Below are positions 55,928 through 64,000 of a stretch of DNA of 64,000 bases, in pieces. The first letter of the stretch is position 1, and every line of letters begins with the position of its first letter. A program made the position numbers and the translations under genes. Origin of the DNA: an archaeon (GTDB lineage: Archaea; Nanobdellota; Nanobdellia; SCGC-AAA011-G17; PNOQ01); NCBI GenBank assembly GCA_018671245.1, contig JABHIB010000001.1, forward strand, positions 31,888 to 95,887. Direction: 5' to 3'. The notes under the pieces were generated by a model. That model had not been told where the DNA came from. It saw nothing but the letters and a program-made list of their open reading frames with translations, and made no database searches.

Positions 55928-58525
55928 ATGAGAGTCAATTATTCTAAAAAATCGGTGAATCAAGCAATAACTTTACTAAATTCTAAATCTAAGGGAATCT
56001 CACAACAAGAAGCAAAAGAAAGACTTGCACACTATGGAAAAAACGAGATAAAAACAACAAAAGAGATATCAAGATTGGGACTGATTTTGGATCAAATAAA
56101 AAATCCGTTAATATATATACTATTAATTGCAATACTAGTTTCACTTTTTCTAAAGAGTTTCCTAGATGCTGCAGTAATCTCTATTATTATAATCCTAAAC
56201 ACTATGTTTGGATATTACCAGGAGTTTAAATCAGAAAAGGCATTGCTATCTCTTAAGAAATTAGAGGTTCCAAATGCAAAAGTAATGAGGGGAGGAATAA
56301 TAAAATCAATACCTTCAACTAGATTAGTACCTGGAGACATAATAATCCTAGAGACTGGAGACAAGATACCTGCAGATGCAAGGATAATAGAATCTTTTTC
56401 TTTAAAGGTAAATGAATCTGTTTTGACTGGAGAATCAAAAGCTGTAGAAAAATCAGTAAAACAATTAGACAAAGATCTTCAGATAGCAGACCAATCAAAT
56501 ATGATTTTTTCTGGAACTATAGTATCCTATGGGAGAGGTAAGGCAGTTGTATCTGGAACAGGATACAAAACAGAATTCGGAAAAATCGCACATGAATTAG
56601 AATCAATAAATGAAGAAGAGACTCCAATAAAAAAGAAAATGTCAAAGTTTGGAAAAAATTTAGGTATGATAGTTTTAGGAGTTATATTCATAGTTTTAGT
56701 TCTTGGATTAATAAAAGGGATGCCCCTTTCAGAGATATTCATGACTTCTTTAAGTTTAGCAGTTTCAGCAATACCAGAAGGATTGCCTGCAGTAATCACA
56801 ATCTGTTTAGCGTTAGGAATACAGCGTATGATCAAAGATAAGGCATTGGTGCGAAGATTGGCAGCAGTAGAAACACTTGGTGCAACTACAGTAATCTGCT
56901 CAGATAAAACTGGTACAATGACTAGTGGTGAAATGACTATAACTAAGATTTATGCAAATAAAAAAGTAATAACTGTAACAGGTTCTGGATATAAGACAGA
57001 AGGAAATTTTCTGTATAATCGAAACGAAATAAACAAAAAAGAGATAAATAAATTATTAGAAACTGGGATGCTTTGTAATGATTCACAATTAAAGAATAAG
57101 AATTTTATTGGGGATCCTACTGAAATAGCATTTCTAGTAGCAGCAAAAAAGGCAGAAATCAACTCCGAATTCAGGAGAGTAGATGAAGTACCTTTTGATT
57201 CATCAAAGAAGTATATGGCCTCTATAGACCGGTCAGGAAGCAAGACTTATACACACATGAAAGGTGCTCCAGAAATAGTTCTAGATAAATGTAAGTATAT
57301 TTATGATAGGGGTGGAATAAAACTTCTAAGTGAGAGAGATAAGAAAAATATTTTGGCAAAAAATGAAGAATTCGCAAAATCTGCACTAAGAGTTTTAGGA
57401 TTAGCATATTCAAAATCAAAAAGTCAGAAAGACATGGTATTTTTAGGTCTAGTAGGCATAGAAGACTTGCCTAGAGATGAGGTGAAAGGTGCTCTGAAAT
57501 TATGTAAAAAGGCAGGAATAAGGGTTATCATGATTACAGGAGATAACAAAATAACTGCCGAAGCCGTTGCAAAACAATTAAATTTAAACACAACTAGTTT
57601 AGAAGGAAAAGATCTAGATAATTTATCAAAAGAACAATTAGCAAAGAAAATCAAAGATATAGGGATATTTGCAAGAGTAAACCCTGAACACAAAGTTAGA
57701 ATTCTTGAAGCATTACAATATAATGGCGAGATAGTTGCAATGACTGGAGATGGAATAAATGATGCTCCTGCACTAAAGAAGGCAGACGTAGGAATTGCAA
57801 TGGGTAAATCTGGTACAGATGTTACAAGAGAGACTTCAGATATAATTTTATTAGATGATAATTTTGCAACAATAGTTGATGCAGTAAAAGAAGGAAGAAC
57901 CATATTTGACAACATAAAAAAATTCATTAAATACCTACTCTCTGCAAATTTTGATGAAATGGGAGTAATCTTGGCATCAATGTTTATGGGGTTGCCTCTT
58001 CCACTTTTGCCACTCCAGATATTATGGATAAATTTAGTAACAGATAGTTTGCCAGCATTAGCTCTGGGTGTTGATCCAAGTGAAGAAGGGATTATGGATA
58101 GAAAACCAAGAAATCCAAAAGATGGAATCCTAAAGGGGACAAAAACTTTCTTAATCTTGGCTGGAATTTTGGGTGCAATAGCGACATTAAGTTTATTTTC
58201 ACTAGAGTATTTACAAACTGGAGATATAGATAAAGCAAGAACTATTGCTTTGACAACTTCTGTAGTCTTCGAGTTATTATTAGTATTTAGTTGTAGATCA
58301 GAAACCAAGAACATATTCCAAGTAGGATTCTTAACAAATAAGTACCTAATAGGGGCAGTACTAATAGCATTCTCCCTACAATTACTAGTTATTTATTCTC
58401 CACTTGCTGTGGCTTTCAAATTAGTTCCACTCGGACTTTTTGATTGGGCAAAAATAGTTGGTGTAACAGTTATTGGTGTAGGGATAATGGAAATAAGAAA
58501 ATTCTTTTTACCAAAAACAATATAA
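55928..58525 (+). CDS. P2A-type cation (Ca2+) transporting ATPase
   Basis: TGES, PEGL, DKTGT, KGAPE, TGDGINDAP, LWINLVTD. Confidence 0.93.
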   Translation: MRVNYSKKSVNQAITLLNSKSKGISQQEAKERLAHYGKNEIKTTKEISRLGLILDQIKNPLIYILLIAILVSLFLKSFLDAAVISIIIILNTMFGYYQEFKSEKALLSLKKLEVPNAKVMRGGIIKSIPSTRLVPGDIIILETGDKIPADARIIESFSLKVNESVLTGESKAVEKSVKQLDKDLQIADQSNMIFSGTIVSYGRGKAVVSGTGYKTEFGKIAHELESINEEETPIKKKMSKFGKNLGMIVLGVIFIVLVLGLIKGMPLSEIFMTSLSLAVSAIPEGLPAVITICLALGIQRMIKDKALVRRLAAVETLGATTVICSDKTGTMTSGEMTITKIYANKKVITVTGSGYKTEGNFLYNRNEINKKEINKLLETGMLCNDSQLKNKNFIGDPTEIAFLVAAKKAEINSEFRRVDEVPFDSSKKYMASIDRSGSKTYTHMKGAPEIVLDKCKYIYDRGGIKLLSERDKKNILAKNEEFAKSALRVLGLAYSKSKSQKDMVFLGLVGIEDLPRDEVKGALKLCKKAGIRVIMITGDNKITAEAVAKQLNLNTTSLEGKDLDNLSKEQLAKKIKDIGIFARVNPEHKVRILEALQYNGEIVAMTGDGINDAPALKKADVGIAMGKSGTDVTRETSDIILLDDNFATIVDAVKEGRTIFDNIKKFIKYLLSANFDEMGVILASMFMGLPLPLLPLQILWINLVTDSLPALALGVDPSEEGIMDRKPRNPKDGILKGTKTFLILAGILGAIATLSLFSLEYLQTGDIDKARTIALTTSVVFELLLVFSCRSETKNIFQVGFLTNKYLIGAVLIAFSLQLLVIYSPLAVAFKLVPLGLFDWAKIVGVTVIGVGIMEIRKFFLPKTI

Positions 58526-58549
58526 ATAAAAAGTTCCAATTTATCAGAT

Positions 58550-59680
58550 ATGATAAATAAAGGTTTTCCAAAGGCAATAGCAACTTTATGTGGAACTGTG
58601 ATCGGTGCAGGAGTTTTAGGATTACCCTATGTATTTCAAAAAGCAGGATTTCTAACAGGAGTTTTAGATATAATTGTATTAGGTCTAGCAGTAATGATGT
58701 TAAATTTATTCATAGGAGAGATAGTTCTCCGAACTCCAGGGAATCATCAACTTCCAGGTTATGCTAATATTTATTTAGGAAAATGGGGCAAGTCAATAAT
58801 GATGGCCTCTCTACTTTTTGGAGTCTATGGTGCACTAATAGCTTATATAATTGGAGAAGGTAGGGCACTATCTGCAATATTTGGTGGATCTCCTATGTTA
58901 TTTTCTCTAATTTTCTTTGCAATAGTTTCAATATTAGTATTTATAGGATTAAAAGCAATAACAAAATCCGAATTAATTTTTGCTTCCAGCGTATTGGTAC
59001 TAATCTTAGTGATGGGACTATTCGCAATACTCAAAGGTGATTTCAATATAGGTAACCTTGCTGAGTTTAATTTAATGAAACTTGCAATACCATACGGAGT
59101 AGTTTTATTTTCATTTGTTGGAGGGGTAGCAGTTCCTGAGATGAAAGAATGTTTAATATATAAAAAACATAAATTAAAGAAAGCAGTAATTATTGGATCT
59201 TTAATACCTTTAGCTGCATATATAATTTTTGCAGCAATAACTATTGGGATAACTGGAGCAAATACTACAGAAATATCAACAATTGGGCTAGGACAAGCCT
59301 TAGGAAAAGAAATGATTATTTTCGGGAACTTATTTGCGGCATTAGCAATGTTTACATCATCACTAACTCTAGCATTAGCAATGAAAGAGATTTATCATTT
59401 TGATTTTAAAATTCAAAAAACTATTGCATGGGTTTTAACTATGACTATTCCTCTACTTATTTTTTTAAGTGGTGCAAAAAGCTTCATAAATGTAATAGGG
59501 ATGACTGGAGCATTTGCCGGAGGAATAGATGGCATTCTAATAGTATTAATATTTTGGAAAGCAAGAAAAAAGAAGTTAAGAGTTCCAGAATATAATTTAG
59601 GTAGGAACACTTTAATTGGTGCATTATTAATCTTAATCTTTACACTAGGGATATTATATCAATTATTCAATCTATTCTGA
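58550..59680 (+). CDS. amino acid permease (aromatic amino acid/HAAAP-like)
   Basis: GTVIGAGVLGLPY; about 11 TM helices. Confidence 0.82.
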   Translation: MINKGFPKAIATLCGTVIGAGVLGLPYVFQKAGFLTGVLDIIVLGLAVMMLNLFIGEIVLRTPGNHQLPGYANIYLGKWGKSIMMASLLFGVYGALIAYIIGEGRALSAIFGGSPMLFSLIFFAIVSILVFIGLKAITKSELIFASSVLVLILVMGLFAILKGDFNIGNLAEFNLMKLAIPYGVVLFSFVGGVAVPEMKECLIYKKHKLKKAVIIGSLIPLAAYIIFAAITIGITGANTTEISTIGLGQALGKEMIIFGNLFAALAMFTSSLTLALAMKEIYHFDFKIQKTIAWVLTMTIPLLIFLSGAKSFINVIGMTGAFAGGIDGILIVLIFWKARKKKLRVPEYNLGRNTLIGALLILIFTLGILYQLFNLF

Positions 59681-60655
59681 AATCTCATTCGCATAATTTT
59701 CACTCATAATTTCTTTGATTTTTTCTAGATTATCTGAATGTCCAATTGCATACATAAGTTTTGTTACAGCCATTTCATTTGTCATATCTTTTGCAGAGAT
59801 AGCACCCTTTTTCATAAGTTTAAATCCTGCTTCATAAGCTGCATCAACTTTACCTTTAAGGCATTGAGATCCAAGAACCAAAGGGATATTCTTATCAAGA
59901 ACTTCTTCGAATTTATCTAAGAATCTTAGAGGAAAATTTCCGTCACCATATCCTCCAATAACAATCCCCTTATATCCTAATTCAAGAACTTTATCAATTA
60001 TATCAGTTTTCATTCCTGGAGTTAAATACATATAATAAACTTCATCACTTATTTTTGTATCTTTTTCATAAACAAGGTCTTCAAGAGAAGAGTTATAATC
60101 TACATCTTTATTGAACTCTCCTTTCTTAAATTCTCCAACAAGTGAAGAGTTGATATTTTCAAAAGCATTCACACTACTAGGGTTAACTTTAGAGATTCTG
60201 CTACCTTGGTAAACTTTACTATCAAACACACAATAAATTCCATTATATTCTTCAGTTGCAAATTTAACTGCATTTATCATATTGCCAATAGCATCACTAC
60301 CTTCCTCTCCGATACCTTTCATTGCACCAGTTATTACAATCGGTTTATCAATACCTTTCAACATTAAAGAAAGTGCTGAAGAAGTATAAGACATAGTATC
60401 TGTTCCATGAAGAACAACAATCCCATCATAAGAATCCTTATTTTTATCAATAGAATCTGCGATTTCAATCCATCTCTCTGGAACCATATCTGAAGAATCT
60501 ATATTCATAATCAATTTTCCTTCCAAGTTAGCTATATCTTTAAGCTCTGGAATTAAATCAATCATTTCTTGAGGTTTGTAAGCAGGTCTAAGTCCTTCGT
60601 CTGTTTTTACAGAAGCTATAGTGCCTCCAGTTGCAAGGATAAGTATGTTTTTCAT
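59672..60655 (-). CDS. ansA: L-asparaginase type I
   Basis: ATGGTIA, DSS, HGTDTM, TGAM, K; no GatD N-terminal domain. Confidence 0.88.
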   Translation of the reverse strand: MKNILILATGGTIASVKTDEGLRPAYKPQEMIDLIPELKDIANLEGKLIMNIDSSDMVPERWIEIADSIDKNKDSYDGIVVLHGTDTMSYTSSALSLMLKGIDKPIVITGAMKGIGEEGSDAIGNMINAVKFATEEYNGIYCVFDSKVYQGSRISKVNPSSVNAFENINSSLVGEFKKGEFNKDVDYNSSLEDLVYEKDTKISDEVYYMYLTPGMKTDIIDKVLELGYKGIVIGGYGDGNFPLRFLDKFEEVLDKNIPLVLGSQCLKGKVDAAYEAGFKLMKKGAISAKDMTNEMAVTKLMYAIGHSDNLEKIKEIMSENYANEISE

Positions 60656-60706
60656 TGTAAAATAAATTTAAAATAAGAGGTTTAAAAGGTTATCTTTTAT
60701 CTAAAA

Positions 60707-62119
60707 TTAACTCAAAATTCGTTTCATAGCATCTTTAACTATGACTGGATTTGCTTTTCCTTTAGTCTCTCTCATAACCATTCCAACTAAGAAATTAAAT
60801 GATTTTTCTTCTCCACCCTTATAATCTTCTACGGCCTTTTCATTTTGAGAAACAATCTTCTTACAGATATCCTCTAACTCAATCTCAGAAGTAATTTGCG
60901 CAAGTTCATTCTTTTCGACATAATCCTTCGGAGAAAAAGGTTTGTCTATTAACATCTCAATAAGCTTCTTACCTGTTGCTTCAGTAATGGTCTTTGTTTC
61001 AATAAGGCTTAATAATTCAATAATATGGGATTCATCAATTTTAATATCCTGAAGTGTTTTTTTATTATAATTCAGAACTCTCAATAATTCTCTTCTCAAC
61101 CATCTACCTGCTAATATTGGATCAATCTCCTTAACTACTTTTTCAAATAGTTCTCCAAGTTCGAGTTCCATTGCCATGACTTTAGCATCAACTTTATCGA
61201 TTTTATACTCTTTAATGAATCTTTTAGCTTTTTTATGTGCAAGTTCCGGAATCTCTTTTTTCAAAATTCCGATTAATTCTTCATTAACATCTATTTTAAC
61301 AAGATCCGGTTCAATGATATATCCATATCCTTCTTCTGTTTCTTTTTTTCTTAAGGAATAAGTCTCTCTATCTTTAGCATCCCATCCTCTAGTCTCAATT
61401 ACAATTTCTGTTCCTTCTTTGACAAGTTCTTTCTGCCTTTCTAACTCATATTCTAATGCTCTTTCAATCTCTTTAAATCCAGTAATATTTTTCACTTCAA
61501 CTCTTCTATATCCGCTTCCTTTTATAGAAATATTCGCATCGGCTTTTATTATTCCAGATTTCATATCAAATATTTTCAGATAATTTAGGACACTGATTAA
61601 TTTGTTTAGAAATTCTCTAGCTTCATCAGGGGTTGTTAGTTCAGGTTCTGTGACTATCTCAACTAATGGATTTCCAGACCTATTATAATCTATTAAACTA
61701 TAATCTGAATTCTTAGCAGATTTTGGATAAGTTATGGATGCAGGGTCTTCTTCAATATGGATCCTTGTCAGATTGATTTTCTTTCCACTTTCTAATTCGA
61801 TTGCTCCCCCAACAGATAGAGGTTCCTCGTACTGACTAATTTGAAAGTTTTTCGACATATCTGGATAGAAATAACTTTTTCTAGAGAATATGACTTCAGG
61901 AGTTAGTGTAGAATCGGTAGCTAAACAAAGTTTGATTGCATAATCTAATGCCTTCTTATTCAATACAGGTCTTGCTCCAGGATGTCCTAGACAAATTGGG
62001 CATACTCTAGTATTTGGTTTATCATTCCCACTAGTTCTGCATCCACAAAATAATTTTGTGTTTGTATCTAGTTCAACATGAATTTCTAATCCAATAACCA
62101 CATCAGATTTAAATTTCAC
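60707..62119 (-). CDS. gatB: Asp-tRNA(Asn)/Glu-tRNA(Gln) amidotransferase subunit B
   Basis: IGLEIH, TKLFC, RKSYFYPD, NRSG.PL.EIVTEP, C-terminal YqeY-like domain. Confidence 0.96.
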   Translation of the reverse strand: MKFKSDVVIGLEIHVELDTNTKLFCGCRTSGNDKPNTRVCPICLGHPGARPVLNKKALDYAIKLCLATDSTLTPEVIFSRKSYFYPDMSKNFQISQYEEPLSVGGAIELESGKKINLTRIHIEEDPASITYPKSAKNSDYSLIDYNRSGNPLVEIVTEPELTTPDEAREFLNKLISVLNYLKIFDMKSGIIKADANISIKGSGYRRVEVKNITGFKEIERALEYELERQKELVKEGTEIVIETRGWDAKDRETYSLRKKETEEGYGYIIEPDLVKIDVNEELIGILKKEIPELAHKKAKRFIKEYKIDKVDAKVMAMELELGELFEKVVKEIDPILAGRWLRRELLRVLNYNKKTLQDIKIDESHIIELLSLIETKTITEATGKKLIEMLIDKPFSPKDYVEKNELAQITSEIELEDICKKIVSQNEKAVEDYKGGEEKSFNFLVGMVMRETKGKANPVIVKDAMKRILS

Positions 62120-63531
62120 CTTAACTCCTCGATTCTTTTTAATAATCTATAAATTTTATCTTCTTGTAGGTGATCTGCCATAACCATCATTCCAATAGGC
62201 AAGTCTCCTTTATGGATTGGCATACTTGCATGAGGTATTCCTGCCAAGTTTGGACCAACAGTTAGAATATCCATTGTATAAGCTTCCAATGCACTCATTT
62301 TTTTAATATCTGAAAATTTAGGAGGAACAATTGGCATTGTCGGCGAGATCAATAAATCATATTTCTCAAATTGGTTCTTATACTCTTCTATAATCTTTGT
62401 TCTAGCTTTAGTAGCTTTGATGTAATATGCATCTCTAAATCCTGCCATTCTAGTAAATGTTCCCAACATGATTCTTCTTTTACTTTCTGTATTGAAATTT
62501 TTACTTCTAATCTCTGAAAAATAATCATCAAAGTATTTCCCTTTTTTATTTTCTTCAACACCATATCTCAATCCAGAAAATCTAGATAGGTTAGTAGAAG
62601 ATTCACTTGTAGCAAGGATATAATATGTTGCTATACCATATTTAAAAGTTAAAGGTAAAGAAATCTCATCAATCTCAAAACCATCTTTCTTTAAGGTTTC
62701 AACCATATCATTAAATGATTCTTTCACTTCTTGAGAAGTTCCTTCAGAAAGTCCATCTTTAATTATAGCAATCTTTAATTTTTTAGAATCTTCTTTCATA
62801 GATTTAACATAATCTTTTTTATCAACTTTCAATGAAGTCCCGTCTTTATTATCGTGACCTGCAATAACACTCATGACTCTTGCATTATCTTCAACAGTTT
62901 TAGTCATAACTCCTATTTTATCAAATGAATCTGCATATGAGATTAATCCCCATCTGCTAACTAATCCATAAGTCGGACAAAATCCTACAACTCCACAAAA
63001 TGCTGAAGGGCACTCAATAGACCCTCCGGTACTCTCTCCAATAGCAACGTGAACAAAATCTGCTTTCTTAGTTATTCCTCCGGAACCTCCACTAGATCCT
63101 CCGCAAGTTCTAGAACTATCTATCGGATTTTTTGGGATATTCTTCCCTACCCCTACATTAACATTAAATCCTCCAAATCCAAAAGCATCACAAGAATCTT
63201 TTCCAACTATTATTGCACCTTCTCTTTTCAATTTCTCAACAACAGTTGCATCAAAAATAGGTTTGTATCCGTCAAGAATTTTAGAATTGGCTGTACTTTC
63301 AACATCTTTAACACATATATTATCTTTTATTGTGAAGATTGTTCCTGCTAATTTACCTTTCTTAGTTTTAGAATCTATTTCTTTAGCTTGAGAGATAGCA
63401 AGATCTTCACACATAGTAGTAATGTAATGATTATCTTTGTTAATTTCTTTGATTCGTTTTATTGCATTTTTAGTATAATCTAAACACTTTACTTTTCCCT
63501 TGGTGATTTCTTTAACCTGGTTATCTATCAT
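62116..63531 (-). CDS. gatA: amidotransferase subunit A
   Basis: IKDN, GGSSGGS, STGGSI, YGLVSR.GL, RRIMLG. Confidence 0.95.
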   Translation of the reverse strand: MIDNQVKEITKGKVKCLDYTKNAIKRIKEINKDNHYITTMCEDLAISQAKEIDSKTKKGKLAGTIFTIKDNICVKDVESTANSKILDGYKPIFDATVVEKLKREGAIIVGKDSCDAFGFGGFNVNVGVGKNIPKNPIDSSRTCGGSSGGSGGITKKADFVHVAIGESTGGSIECPSAFCGVVGFCPTYGLVSRWGLISYADSFDKIGVMTKTVEDNARVMSVIAGHDNKDGTSLKVDKKDYVKSMKEDSKKLKIAIIKDGLSEGTSQEVKESFNDMVETLKKDGFEIDEISLPLTFKYGIATYYILATSESSTNLSRFSGLRYGVEENKKGKYFDDYFSEIRSKNFNTESKRRIMLGTFTRMAGFRDAYYIKATKARTKIIEEYKNQFEKYDLLISPTMPIVPPKFSDIKKMSALEAYTMDILTVGPNLAGIPHASMPIHKGDLPIGMMVMADHLQEDKIYRLLKRIEELR

Positions 63532-63818
63532 TTTACAGTTCTTGGCCCTATAAAGAAACCATCCTTAGTTTGTTTAGAGAATTTTAATGCTTCTTTTTGG
63601 TCTATGCATTCTACAATCTTATCTTCACGAGTAACATTACTTTCTTCAATTGGTCTAAATGAAGACTTAGTATTATTAACATCTAATTCATTTAAAATTT
63701 CAAAATATTTGAGAACATCTTTAAAATCTGATTCAAACTGCAAAACCTCTTTTTTTGTTAGATTTAATCTTGCTAATTTTGCAATATCTTTTATCAAGTT
63801 TTGATCTATTTTAGGCAT
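63528..63818 (-). CDS. gatC: amidotransferase subunit C
   Basis: IAKLARL.L, L.ELDV, RED, GFF.GPR. Confidence 0.92.
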   Translation of the reverse strand: MPKIDQNLIKDIAKLARLNLTKKEVLQFESDFKDVLKYFEILNELDVNNTKSSFRPIEESNVTREDKIVECIDQKEALKFSKQTKDGFFIGPRTVK

Positions 63819-63844
63819 TATTTACACCACGAATGAATAAAAAG

Positions 63845-63917
63845 CGGCTCCGGGCAGACTCGAACTGCCGACCTTCCGGTTAACAGCCGGACGCTCCACC
63901 TGCTAAGCTACGGAGCC
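63845..63917 (-). tRNA. tRNA-Asn(GTT)
   Basis: TCCGG-CTGTTAA-CCGGA anticodon arm, AGTTCGAGTCT T arm, G1-C72, G73. Confidence 0.95.
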
Positions 63918-64000
63918 ACATTGTAGATTTTTAGAGAAACTGTTCACTTATAAATTTTTCTTATCTAAGTTTATCCCTAATTCTTTTAATTGATAGTCTT

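Noticed and set aside
57424..58314. 296-aa antisense ORF
   Set aside because: Lies wholly opposite the conserved P-type ATPase; typical shadow ORF with no motifs
59672..60655. GatD
   Set aside because: Lacks the GatD N-terminal domain and the SRVDY motif; no gatE nearby

Overview
AT-rich (roughly 30% GC by eye), very gene-dense chromosomal segment of an archaeon. It is most likely DPANN (Woesearchaeota/Pacearchaeota-like Nanoarchaeota), inferred from a pacearchaeosortase-like gene, a shortened AlaRS, tiny or overlapping intergenic gaps and archaeal information-processing genes. Housekeeping genes include rpl1/10/12/11/15e/37ae/40e, spt5, secE, ftsZ, sepF, rpo12, prefoldin beta, aIF5A, TFE, cdc6, glyS, alaS, proS, gatCAB, taw1, dph2, nreA, nrdJ, iscS/iscU and five intron-less tRNAs (Pro-TGG, Cys-GCA, Arg-TCT, Arg-TCG, Asn-GTT). 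There is also a redox/copper stress island at about 1.8-9.8 kb. No CRISPR array, rRNA, transposase or integrase was seen. The best candidates for undescribed biology are: (1) a membrane-anchored wHTH regulator with an external CxHxxxCxM loop heading a copper operon; (2) a pacearchaeosortase near a surface protein ending in an ITGAA-TM-basic sorting signal; (3) a stand-alone CARF-like protein upstream of cdc6 and divergent from a wHTH gene; (4) two tandem bacterial-type acyltransferases sharing a 39-bp promoter repeat at identical spacing; (5) an in-frame A-AAA-AAG -1 frameshift in a CDP-alcohol phosphatidyltransferase; (6) an apparent ATA start codon. All product calls come from motif recognition by eye, with no database searches.
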